A DNA stretch of 64,000 nt. It comes from Callorhinchus milii (lineage: Eukaryota). Shown piece by piece: positions 1-11,656 of this stretch. Position 1 is the first letter of the stretch. Every line of letters begins with the position of its first letter. Below the pieces are notes generated by a model. That model was not told the DNA's origin. It did no database searches and saw nothing but the letters and a program-made list of their open reading frames with translations. The stretch covers positions 63,490,001 through 63,554,000 of the forward strand of contig NW_024704743.1 of NCBI RefSeq assembly GCF_018977255.1. The letters are read 5' to 3'. The translations under genes and the position numbers were made by a program.

Positions 1-299
1 CTCCCCAGCTCAACCATCCACAACCCCGTCATCACTGCTGCCATTGCCAGACTTCTCTCAGTGGAGCATGTCCTTGCAACCACACTGCTCTCATACACCG
101 CCCCCCCCCCCCCCCCCCCCCACCACCCCCAACACACTTCTCCCTGTGGTTGTGAAATGTAATTTTAGCATCAGAGTCTCAGTTAGAATCTGCCATTCCC
201 TGACATCAACTCCTATTCACTTAGTCTGTTTCTTATCCTGTCATCAGCATTCAGCATATAATTCATGTGCTGAGTTATACTCACCAATTTATACAACAC

Positions 300-880
300 C
301 AATTTGTACTTTTATAGCACCTTACACATAGAGAAAATGCCTCAAAGTGGTTTACAGTGGGAGCCCAAGCTGTGAGGGAGGTTAAGGGCTGATGGAGAAG
401 TTACACTCAAAGCAATTTGTGTAGAGAGGGAAGGGAGAGGTAGATGGATTTTGGAAGAGGGTTCCAGAGGTCAGAGGCAAAGTGACTGAAAGCTTGCTCA
501 CCAATTGGGTCACGAAGCAGATCAGAGTTTTTGGAGTGGAGAGTGGCCATGCGAGTAGCATTGCAGGAGATTGCAGGGATAGGGTGTGGCAAGACTGTGG
601 AGGGATTTGAAGGTAAGACAGGATCTTAAAATTGATCGGGCAGGATACAGTTAGCCAGACGAGGATATGGTTGATGGGCTTGGTGAAGCCTAGTGTGGGA
701 CAGAATGCAAGTTGCAGGGTCTGGATGATCTGGAGTTTGTGGATGGTGGAGTAGGGGAGACATTAAAGGCACCTCCACACTCGACTTGAAAAAGTCGAGT
801 GTGGGGGTGATGCAGGCAGGGATGAGGGTTTCAGTTGAGTTGGGGGCAGGTTACTGATATAGGTGGGCAATATTGCGGAA
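300..880 (-). mobile_element. Degraded L2-clade LINE 3' fragment
   Basis: Minus-strand peptide AFSHFASDLWNPLP resembles the C-terminus of the better L2 copies in this window. Confidence 0.65.
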
Positions 881-1027
881 ATGGAAGAAAGTGGACTGTG
901 TCAATGTCCGGAAGAAAGTCTTAAAGACAACAAAAGCTGAGGTTCTGAGCAGGCTCTGTGAATTGGAGTAAACAAACAGCGAATTGGAAAAGGTCAGTGC
1001 CTGAGATGAGGAGGAGGTATCAAATAG

Positions 1028-1400
1028 TGTCAGTCTAAGCTGACACTCCAGTGTAGTGTTGGGTGGGTGGGGGGGTTGCATTTTCGGAGATGCCACCCCC
1101 CACCAGCACTACACTGAAGTGTCAGCTTAGATTGACAATCTTTCGGATGAGATATTAAACTGAGGTCTCAGCTGCCCGTTCAGATAGACATTAAAGATCC
1201 CATGGCACTAGCGAACAATCCCCCAAGTAAAATTGGTCACTCTTCATTGCTGTTTGTCGGACAATGCTGTGCCCAAACTGGCTGTCGCATTTTTTCTACA
1301 AAGTACAGTCAAACCACTTTACAGTAAATCCTATGAAGTGCTTTGAGACTTTTAACAATGTGATAAGGAGATATATCAAATACAAGAATAATTATTATTT
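1028..1400 (+). mobile_element. Old Deu-domain SINE (SacSINE1/AmnSINE1-like) with an internal fold-back
   Basis: gctgacactccagtg...tctttcggatgag...aaagatcccatggcacta...gctgtttgt...gctgtg..caaactggctg. Confidence 0.7.
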
Positions 1401-3975
1401 TCCTTCAGCTAATTTCAAATCCGTTCCCATGCCTTACTCTGGATAACCAGTGACATCAGTTTGTGAAGGAGTCGCTCATTTGTTATTTTGTCAAATGACC
1501 TTTGGAAGTCTAAGTGCAGTACACTATTCAATTTCAACACATCAAAAAGTCTATGAGGCTGATCAGATAAGATCTACCTCTTATGAACTTGAGCTGCCTT
1601 TTTTATATAAAAGTAATCTTCCATTTTCTTTCTAATTGAGATGTTATATAAGTTAAGGCATTGTAAAAATGCAAGCTCTTTTAGTTATTAAATTCTGTGC
1701 TGATACATAGTGTGTATTTCTGTGCTAAATTTAAGCTTTTCAAAGAGTCAAGAGGAAACCTTATTGAGGGTAGAAATGGTATATAGGGAACTCGGGATAT
1801 CAATTCAAATTAAACAAGAAGCTAAAAACCCACATTTAAAAAATAAAATTTATTATATATTGGGTAAGGTGGGGTATTTGAGGGTAAGCAGCTGGAAGGT
1901 AACAGAAAATTCTCATCCTTGATTGTTCCCTGAGCCAGGGAGGAAAAAACAACTTTAATTCTCTTTCTGATTGCTTTCCACTGACTCCTGTTGGAAAATA
2001 CACATGTCCAGTGTCCTACTCAGTGTAGGCTCACACTGATTATCGGATATTTGTGAGGTACTGGAACTGTATCCCAACAAGAATCAACATCTCTGTGAGA
2101 GGAGGAAAAGGGGATAAGATTGGTAAAGTATTAATAGAGAATAGTCTCTCGTGCAAGTTTAGATTCATTTAAAGCCCTTCATCCTTCGTACCATTGTAAT
2201 GAATTTCGAAGCGCTCCGGGATTCTACCCCACGTGAAGGGCGCTACATAAATGTAAGTTGTTATTGAATTTCCTTTGTATTGTCTAATATTGCTTTGCCT
2301 GTCCTAAGGTGAGATGCTCAAAATTGATCACAGTACACGAACAGAACGAGGAATCAATTGGAGTTATTAAAAGGGAGACAGATAGATATTTGAGAAATAA
2401 AGGTATTAATGCATATGGATTTTTTTCAGGAGGTGGAGGTGAGGGGGTCAGCTAGATGTCTAATACACATGGAGACCCATCACCATGCTGAAGAATAATC
2501 AAACTAAACAAAGTTCCAAGAATCCTGGAAACATGGAAATTACCAAGATATTTACTGGAATGGAATGCGCACTCCTGGAGTCTAACCAGCGCAAACAGCC
2601 TTTCTTGCCATTGAAAGCACTGTCTGGCAAGCTTCCCTGCTGCGTGTCCAGCAAGGACCACTGTACCCGTCAGGTCTTAGGCTTGCAGGGTTAATAATAA
2701 TAAAAATCCTTGCATTTGATATAGCGCCTTATAGCAAAAATAGAGGTTGAGTGGAAAGAGTCCCTGCTCCCCAGTGACTCATCTTCCCTTTCAAGTCCTG
2801 TCAATGAGTCAGCTATTATCAGCAGTGCCCTGAACTGTACTGTGCACCCACCTGGCTCAGGAACTGACAACAGAGACCACCCCAGAGGGTTGCCTCAATT
2901 CTGACATTCCATTGCCAAAGATGTAACCTTGGAGCCAGATCAGCTCAAAGTCCCTCTCCTCCTTACTTGCCCTAAGAAAGGTTTTCACTAGTTCGTAATT
3001 TGATATCAGACAACCATTAGGGTAAATGCAGGGTAACCACTTCTCCGCTGTAGGAATTGATAGGTCAATGGAAAATGAAATGGAATACCTCAATAGCTGG
3101 TTGTGAATATATTCTACCCTGCCACACATCAACCTGACCCCAAAGAACCCTTTCCCCTTGCTTCAAAATTAAAAGGGAGAAAATTGACATATAAATAAAT
3201 AAAAAATAATAATTTGGTCACTCAATCCACGACTGATTGTGGGACACTGTTGTAAGCGATTGGCTGCTGCGTTTTGCCCACAAAATATACGGTCAATTCA
3301 CTTTAGTGTATCCTGTGAAGTGCTTTGAGATGTCTCGAAGATGTGATAAGGCGCTATATCAAATGCAAGGATTATTATTATTAGGGATGCTATATAAATG
3401 CAAGTTGGTGTTGTTGCTTCACCAGTTGGTCATTTGACATCTGACAAATGTGGGCTTCAGCCCTCACTAGATTGAATGACAGGAATTCCCTGTGAGCTTC
3501 CAGGTGGGCAACACAGCTCAGCATGAAATGTGTAAGAGCATTGCAATAGTCTTCCTGCCCACAGCTCAGACATGCATCCCTTTCCATTGAGTGATGGTTC
3601 CACCAGTTGGAAGTGGTTCCACTCTGCAAACCAATCAAGGTGGATTCCAAACTCTGGATGTACAAATACGTATTCACGAACTTAGACTCCAGGTAACCTT
3701 CTAGTAGCTACTGCCCCAAGCCTCAGTGTTTTCTGATCAGCTATTTGGGAGACAGCTGCATTCAGGCAGTGGGAGGAGCTTTACAGGACAGTTTGTGAGG
3801 TGCCAGCCACCTTAATGTTCTCAAGGTGCAAGTCCAGTGCTGAGTACTAGGCTTTCTCAGCACCAGCTGCTCAATCTAGGTCTGCATGTGAGGCAAACAG
3901 ACGCTAAGCGACTGGTCAGTGTAATCGGAGCCTTCCCTCCTTGTAGCCGCCTCCCGTGTTTGCCACAAATCCACC

Positions 3976-4117
3976 TCACTGTTTGATCTTGGTCTTCGCA
4001 GATGAGTCTGAGGAAGTCTCTACTCTACGTCTCCAGGAATTTGGATCCATAAAGAAGAACTGTTTGCACACAGATTTTATATGCCACAAGCTTGACCTGC
4101 ATTGGGCCCGTGCTGTC
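3976..4117 (-). CDS. Candidate next or terminal coding exon (TARAQCRSSLWHIK...KTKIKQ*); alternatively a 21-nt exon ending at 4097
   Basis: Acceptor ggtctctctttcag; phase 2 matches the 7140 donor; in-frame stop at 3976-3978; alternative donor AG|gtcaag. Confidence 0.4.
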
Positions 4118-4439
4118 CTGAAAGAGAGACCAGCAGGATCAGAGTGTCCTTTGTCCCTTTTTTGCAAAGTCTTTCAGGATAGTATCCAAGCAAATATTGG
4201 TGTCCACCACAAACTCGAAGTAAGAATCAACAATTGGGACTGATGACCTTGTATTTTCTCATCAATACCCTCCATGTTTTCTCTTGAGATGTGCAGAGCC
4301 ATGATTTGCTACACAGGAGCACCCACCACCATGTTCCACCAGTTGGCCCAGTGTTCAAGATGGTAGGTGCAGCTCAAAAGGTGCAAAAGGTGAGTCCTCC
4401 AGCAGCACAATATCATCCTTAAACAGAAGTGCTGCAATC

Positions 4440-5712
4440 CTGTCAGAGGCCTGGAATGACATTCTATCCATCTGCGAACATCTGCCTCCTTGTCCTCCTC
4501 GACCTCTCTGCTGCCTTTCGACAAAGTCAACCATTCTATCCTCCTCTCCTTTGCATCTCCTCTCAGCCCAACCTTCATGGACCTGCCCTTGCCTGGTTCA
4601 AAACCTACCTCTCCCACCGTCTCCACTTTGTCTCCACTAACGGCTTCTCCTCCAGCCCCTGCATTACCTTGTCCCTCAGGGCTCTGTCCTTGCTTCCCTC
4701 CTTTTCAACATCTATACCCTCCCTCTTGGTTATGTCATCCATAGACATGGGGTCAACTTCCACATGTATGTGGATGACACCAACTCTACCTCTCTGCCTC
4801 CACCCTTGACTCAAGGACCACTGCTGTCCTCATAGACTGCCTGTTGGACATCAAGTCCTGGATGAGAGCAGACTTTCTCCAGTTGAATGTCAACAAGACC
4901 AAACTCCTGATTGGCTATTGTCAGCGTCTCCAAACCTCGGGCGCTGACAGCATCGCCCTTCATGGATCCAATTTACACCTCACAGAGCCAATACAGAACC
5001 TCGGCGTCCTGTTCAACCATCAACTATCCTTCATCCCACACATCTGCGCTATGACCCGCTCTGCCTTTCCCCACCAAAGCAACATTGCCCAGCTCCACTA
5101 TTATCTCTCCCCGCAGGCTGCTGAGACCCTTAACCACGTTCATCACATCCAGGTTCGACTATACAAACTCCCTGTTTGTTGGCCTCCCCAACTCCACCCT
5201 CCACAGGCTGCCAATCTTCCAGAACTCTGTAGCCCACGTCCTCTCTTGCACCAGACTCCACAACCCTATCACCCCAATCGTCATCCGATTTCCCTGACTT
5301 CCCATCACTCAGAGGATACAGTTCAAGATCCTGGTCCTCACTTTCAAAGACCTCCACGGCCTTATTCCTCCCTACCTCTGTGTTCTCCTAACCCCCTACC
5401 AACCTGTCCGTTCCCTCTGCTTTGCCTGCTTTACGTCCCCCCCTCGCCCGCCCCACCATTGATGGGCGGGCCTTCTGTCTCTCTCCCCGACCCTCTGGAA
5501 CTCCATCCCACAGTCCCTCCGCCTCGTCCCCTCCCTTGCCTCCTTCAAGACCCTCCTCTTTGACCGTACCTTCGGTCACTCTCCTACCCTCCCAGCACTC
5601 CACCTCTGCTGATCCCGACCACAAGCTCGGGTGCAGATCCCTAACTATGTAGTGCCTTGGGATGTCCTCCTGACGTGGAAGGCACTATACAAGTGTAATT
5701 TGTTGTTGTTGA
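4440..5712 (+). mobile_element. 5'-truncated L2-clade LINE (RT C-terminal part, frameshifted) with (TTG)n tail
   Basis: [29 protein letters not shown] and RIQFKILV-type motifs spread over shifted ORFs. Confidence 0.9.
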
Positions 5713-6090
5713 TAATAATAATAATCCTTGCATTTGATATAGCGCCTTATTACATTTTCGAGACATCTCAAAGCGAGGATGTATGCAACATAGGTGGGTT
5801 CCACCTTAGCCTTTTGACATTCTGCTATCTCATACAAAAGCTACTTCCATTTATCACGAGAATGGAAGACAACCCAATGTGGATTAAAGATGGGGCAATG
5901 GGATTATAAAATCTTACTCTGACTAACAAAAAGGAAAAACAGGCTTGACGGGCAGAATGGCTTACTCTTGATTTACTGATCATTTACTTTTCAAACTTAA
6001 ATTGGGTTTATTGCTTCCCCCCCACCCCCATTCAAAGCAACTTGAACATTTTAAGGCATCATTATACAAATATATTTAAACATATACAGG

Positions 6091-6495
6091 TGGAGTCCTG
6101 TAGCTCAGTGGTTAGAGCACCTCGCAAGCGAGAGACCTAGGTTCGATTCCCGGCAGGGCGAAAGGTTGGACAAGTTTCCTTACTCCACAGGCATCTGTTT
6201 ACCTAGCAGTAAGTAGGAACCCCATTGTTAGTCGTTTGGCAGATCGTTTTTGTGGGGCTAATAATTCCTTAAAAAAAAATTGGTCACTCAATCCACGACT
6301 GTTTGTGGGACACTGCTGTGGGCAATTGGCTGCCGCATTTCGCCCACAAAATACACAGTCAGTTCACTTTGTGGAGTCCTATAGCTTAGTGGTTAGAGCA
6401 CTAGCCTTGCAAGCAAGAGATCTGGGTTCGATTCCCGGCAGGGTGAAACCTTGGGCAAGTTTCCTTACTCTACACGCCTGATAATAATCCCTCAA
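6091..6495 (+). mobile_element. Two adjacent tRNA-derived Deu-SINE copies (long form 6091-6370, short-form head 6371-6495)
   Basis: A box tagctcagtggttagagc, B box ggttcgattccc, Ala-like ttgcaa loop in the second head, Deu core gtttgtgggacactgctgtg. Confidence 0.9.
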
Positions 6496-7139
6496 GAAAA
6501 AAAAAGCAATAACAATTTAATAACAATTATATAGCATATACCCTTTTTAGTTTTTTCTACATTATATCATTTACTTAAACTAAATGTTTGCTGTAAAGCT
6601 GTTCTGAACTCACCTACAGGGCAGAATCATGGTGTATTTCAGACAAAAGATTAAGGCAGACTGGTTTCCTTAATACTGAACTTATGGCAGCATTACTATC
6701 CTGCTTAAAGAATGTTTGATAGCCTGTTTTTCCTTTTTATTAGTCAGATTCCAGGATAATCAAGGAGATTTATGGCTTTTATCCCTTAACTCTCTGAAGT
6801 CCTATCTAGAGTTTCAACTGTGAACAGACATTTATTGAGCTGAGTTGAAGTTAAAGGGTTCTAAACACACACACCTTTTTCTTTCTGACAATGAATGCTG
6901 TATTGTGGATTTCCAGCATTTTTGGTGATATCTCACGAGCACACAATTGTTCATTAAACAACTACAAAGGTATCTGTTTGCATATTGGTGGGAAATATGC
7001 TTATTAGACAGGTGTAACCCACCACAGTACATTTATTTCCGAAAATAAGTTTAAAAAGTAGAAGTTGAAGTCTTGTTGTGTTGGTTATTTGATACAGAAA
7101 TGCTACTGAGTTTCTCAAAGAGTCAGTACGCTCCCTTAC

Positions 7140-7699
7140 CTGTCTGTTGGAGATGTGGTGTGCTGAACTGGTGGAATTGGATCACTTGGATACCTGATTG
7201 CATGCAAAGGCGTTACTGATGAAGATACTCCTGGATCAGTGAGAGGCCTCACGGCATGCAAAGGTGTAATTGATGTTTTTCTTGGATCAGTCAGAGGCCT
7301 TACTACATGCAAAGGCATTACTGATGACTTTCCTGGATCACTTGGATACCTGACTGCATGCAAAGGCATTACTGATGATTTTCCTGGATCAGTTAAATGC
7401 CTCATAGCATGCAAAGGCCTTGCTGATGATTTTCCTGGGTCAGTCAGAGGCCTGACTGCATGCAAAGGCATTACGGATGAAGAAATTCCTGGGTCGTTTA
7501 GAGGCCTGACTGCATGCAAAGGCATTAAGGATGATTTTCCTGGATCAATCAGAGGCCCAGCTGCATGTACACATGTTGCTGATGAAGATTTTGATGGATC
7601 AGTAAGAGGTCTAACTACATGCAAAGGTATTACTGATGAGGGTTTTCCTGGAGATGGTGGGAGGTCATAACACTGCAACAGGCTGTCTGTTAATTCCAC
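7140..7699 (-). CDS. Large internal exon encoding nine 17/18-aa tandem repeats (VELTDSLLQCYDLPPSPGK...HTTSPTD)
   Basis: Acceptor cttgtccattgtttccag, donor AG|gtaagg; 560 nt open in phase 0 (ORF 7136..7699); the other two phases stop within a few codons. Confidence 0.85.
7181..7651. repeat. Coding minisatellite, 9 units of 51 or 54 bp
   Basis: Recurrent gcatgcaaaggcattactgatga..tttcctggatcagtcagaggcc; period 51 bp between 7309 and 7360. Confidence 0.95.
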
Positions 7700-8087
7700 C
7701 TGGAAACAATGGACAAGAACTGTGAGTAACTATAAAACTGGGCTGAAAGTGCTACCAGCAAAATACAAATCGATTGTTCCATTAGATCTTACAACTTCTG
7801 ATCATTGCTCTTTGATCTAACAGTTTAATATCACATTTTGTGAAAAAGGATTACAGTTCATAGATTTGGGAGCAATATGCAATTTTAGGAATAAGTTGCT
7901 TTAACAGCTTCTTCTTTTCTTAAGTTTGACACCAAGTTTCCCCGAGTCTTTCCCTTTTTCTTTTTGTTTATCTACTCTCTCCCTCCACTTTGGGGCTTTG
8001 ATCTCATAGTCCAGATACTGACGTTTGAGCAGAGTCCTGGGGGAGTGGAGTACTGCATTGTCAGAGGTGCCATCCGTCAGAGGAGAT

Positions 8088-8222
8088 ACTCTGAACCAAT
8101 TCCCTCTTGATAGATTGTCAAGTCCTGGAGGGTATTGGTTAGAGCACTCGCCTTGCAAGTGAGAGGACCTGGGATCAATTCCCGGGCAGGGCGAAACGTT
8201 GGGCACATTTCCTTACTCCACA
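8088..8222 (+). mobile_element. tRNA-SINE head fragment (inverted twin of 8659-8798)
   Basis: ggttagagcactcgccttgcaag...cccgggcagggcgaaacgttggg. Confidence 0.85.
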
Positions 8223-8370
8223 CGACTTACCTTCCTCATATTACAGAAACAAGCTGTTATTGAATGAGTCCAACATTCTGGCCTACACCACCTTCCGTTC
8301 TTGAAAAGAGACCTTATACAGGTAAATGATAAATGAATGGGACTGAGGAAACAACCCAGAGAAATACCCA

Positions 8371-8765
8371 TAATAATAATCCTAGCATTTGATATAGCGC
8401 CTTATCCTGTCTTTGAGACGTCTCAAAGTGCATCAAGGAATATACTGTAAAGTGAATTGACTACATTTTGTGGGCAAAACGAGGCAGCCAATTGTGAGGC
8501 AGCCAATGGCGCACAGTAGTGTCCCCATAAACAGTCGTGGATTGAGTGACCAAATTAATATAAATTTATTTATTTATTCTGAAGGGATTATTACCCCAGG
8601 AAAAATGATCCGTCAATCGTCTAACAACCGTGTTCCCATTTACTCCTAGGTAAACAGAGGCGTGTGGTAGTAAGGAAATGTGCCCAACGTTTCGCCCTGC
8701 CCGGGAATCGATCCCAGGTCTTCTCACTTGCAAGGCGAGTGCTCTAACCAATACGCTCCAGGACT
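8371..8765 (-). mobile_element. Full-length tRNA-Deu SINE, long form
   Basis: Head, middle segment, Deu core and ggcgctatatcaaatgc(t)aggattattatt tail on the minus strand. Confidence 0.9.
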
Positions 8766-9941
8766 TGACAATCTATCAAGAGGGAATTGGTTTAGAGTTG
8801 TTCAGCAAAATGTTAGGGCCTAAACCAAGAAATATTGTTTTACAAAGGGGAAGCAATAGCTGTAAATGGTTACCAGGAAGGGCAATAGAGCCCAGGGCAC
8901 TGTCCACATTTGATAGATGATTTGATGGTGTAATTGGTAGATAATAGGATGGAAATATGGAGAGGTAAAATCAAATGGACGAAGGGTCTTCTCATCCATA
9001 TTTTCAAACTATTTTGTGCCTGGGATGTGAGCTCATAATTGCAGTTTAGATTCACTCTAAAATTTGTACAGACTATCCAGAACTCTGCAGTCCATGTCCA
9101 TTCCCGTACTAGGTTTTGCGAGCCTATCAACCCATCTTTGCTCAGCTCCACTAGCTCCCCATCCCCTGCAGATCGAGTTCAAGATCTTTGTCCTCACCTT
9201 CAAATCCCTCCTTAGTCTTCCCCATCCTACTTCTCAAACCATACCAACCCGGCTGCTTCCTTCACTGAGCAGACATCGGCTGCTTAATGTTCACTGTCCT
9301 ACCTGCACCACCATCAAAATTCCATCCGGTGACCCCACTCTCTGGTACTCCATCTCAGAGTCCCTCTGATTCAGTCCTTCCCTCACCTCTTTTAAGGCCT
9401 ATGTCAAGACCTTTATCTTTTCCCTCCCCATACTCTCAGCTTCCATCCTTAGCTCAGGTATCAAGGCAAGACTGTCTAGCACCTCGAGAGTAAATTTGTG
9501 TTGTTTTGTATACTTCTGAAGAACTCCCAGTGACCTAAACAATTCTTCCCTTATCCAAATTCTTTGGGTGGGGGGTGGGAGGGGAAGAGAGGCAGCGGGT
9601 AACAAAATGAACATGGTCATTCATCTCATTCCAATGCTATTTGTAAACAGTGTTTTACCAATATATCAACCAACAGTCACTGCACTTAAAAGAAACGCAT
9701 TGTACTTTGAGATGTTTCAATGTGATAAGGCGTTGGATCAAATGAGAGTATTGTTAAGAGACTATGAATTGCATTGCTAGGGAGCAATGTTTTTCTAACC
9801 TCTTATATAAATAACATTGTCCTGGATACATTCTATGATAAAAGGTTGGAGATATGTCCCAGCAGAATATAGTTTACAATCTCAGCTGTTATACTTGCTG
9901 ATTTTTTTGTTTTATATTAAGTTTATGAGTAATGTACTTAC

Positions 9942-9989
9942 TGGAAATTGTGGTGCAGATGAAAAAGCATTGGCTGGTACAGTCTTTAT
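9942..9989 (-). CDS. Internal coding exon (IKTVPANAFSSAPQFP)
   Basis: Acceptor ctttctttgttttacag, consensus donor gtaagt; 48 nt, phase 0-0. Confidence 0.85.
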
Positions 9990-10995
9990 CTGTAAAACAA
10001 AGAAAGAGTACAGTAAAAGAAACAGAAGAAAGACTATTTCCGCTGGTAAAGATCCAACAAGCAATGCTAACAACGTGCTTGAAGCAGCAGCAATCATTTC
10101 AAAATGTCAAACTACTAATTGGCAAGTGACTTGCCCCACGTAGTTTTATAGTTTAATTGGCACCTTTTAGAGATCATTTTCTTCTGACATGTACTTTGCA
10201 ATGAATACCCTTGAATCAAGTGCCACACAAGTAATTATGTCCTGTAATGAATTACACAACAGTTTTATTTAGCAGCAGCATTACCACAACGGGTGATTGT
10301 ACCTTCTACAGTTGTCGATCAGTGTCGTGTTTGAACTCCCATTACCATAATTAAAGCGCTCAGGAACACAAAGGCTTCACACAGATATCCAGAGCAATGG
10401 GAACAAGACAATTTACTTTTCTGTTTTAACCGGCGAAGAGATGCAGTGAAGTCGTGATAATAGACCACAATGGAATCCTCCACCGCCTCTTCCCTAATTA
10501 TGTGCAAATGGACACTGGGAACTGAATTGCTGAAGAAAGCAGATAATCTGGGAGGAGGCAGAAGGCTAGAAATGGAAGGCAGGTAAGCAAGGGCTGATTT
10601 GGGGAAAGTGTCTTAAAATGCACACCCCTTATATGATTAAAAAACTATGATTTCCATGGTTGCAGGAAAGGACAATACTAACCCAGTGAGGAAACTAAAC
10701 ATTTACGTGAGCCACTCTCCCCTCCAATGTTTCTCCACAAAGTGCTGGGATACTGATCCACAAGTACCTTCCAATACTTCACCCAAGTGTCTGCTCTCTC
10801 TTGTGCAGTGAGTTTCAGCAAGCTATTGAATCATGATAGGCATCACACTCGAGCTTGATCTCGTCTTCACTTGATATCCAATCTTTCCAGCAAGGATCAA
10901 TGCACAGCAACTTGGGTGTTTTCCCATCTCAGGGGTTTCTGAGGCGAACTATAGTGCTGCTATCCCACATTAGTAAGATCAGCTACTCATCATAG

Positions 10996-11482
10996 ATAAT
11001 AATAATCCTTGCATTTGATACAACCCTTTATCACGTCTTCGATTCGAGACGTCCCAAAGCGCTTCACAGAATATATATATAAATTCAGTTGTTATGGCCT
11101 GGAAAGCACTGCCTGAAATGGTGGTGGAAACAGATTCAGAACAACTTTCAAAAGGGAATCAGATAGGTACTTGAAAAGGAAAAATTTGTAGGGATATGGG
11201 GAGAGCGGGTGAATGGGACCGATTGGGTAGCTCTTACAAAGCGCCGGCACAGGTACAATAGGCCGAATGGCTTTCTTCTGTGCTGTAATATTCTATACTG
11301 TAAAGTAAATTGACAAAATGACTATATTTTGTGGGTGAAACTTGGCAGCCAATTGCAGTGTCCCACAAACAGCCGTGGATTAAGTGACCAAATTATTATT
11401 TAAAACAATTTTTTTTTGAAGGTATTTTGACCCCTGGAAAGCAATCCGCCAATCAACTTACAACCGGGTTCCAACTTACTCC
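10996..11482 (-). mobile_element. tRNA-Deu SINE interrupted by a plus-strand CR1 3' fragment (about 11085-11296)
   Basis: SINE consensus gcttcacagaatata|tactgtaaag is split by a CR1 tail ending gaatggc..ttctgtgctgtaatattcta. Confidence 0.85.
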
Positions 11483-11578
11483 AAGAATGAACCGTGAGTA
11501 AATACAAATGCATTTGTAATATAATTGTGGTCAATGAACCAGGCAATATGAAGGACCATGTATGTACTGAACACAGAC

Positions 11579-11656
11579 CAGAGGAGTGGCCTCTGTGAAG
11601 TCCATCAGTAAATCCCCTGGAGCAGCCAAGTCTGGATGATCTTGATCAAAACTATT
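11579..11656 (-). CDS. Internal coding exon (NSFDQDHPDLAAPGDLLMDFTEATPL)
   Basis: Acceptor tttttatattttacag; donor CTG|gtctgt is weak, so the 3' boundary is less certain; 78 nt, phase 0-0. Confidence 0.75.

Noticed and set aside
44..331. Poly-Pro ORF
   Set aside because: Produced by a poly-C run; no splice or homology support
6091..6160. tRNA-Ala gene (also at 6371, 19910, 34424, 46156)
   Set aside because: A and B boxes run into SINE bodies with no intact acceptor stem, so these are SINE heads
7181..7651. Tandem array as CRISPR or as a hammerhead satellite (CTGATGA in several units, small hairpins)
   Set aside because: No unique spacers or cas genes, and the context is eukaryotic; no GAAA core follows a stem II
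7239..7670. 143-aa plus-strand repeat ORF (GLTACKGITDDFPGSVR)n
   Set aside because: Antisense shadow of the coding minisatellite; splice sites and phase support the minus strand only
10302..10565. Exon-like segment with a good acceptor at 10565
   Set aside because: The open frame needs a phase that the upstream 11579 exon does not supply; the chain closes without it
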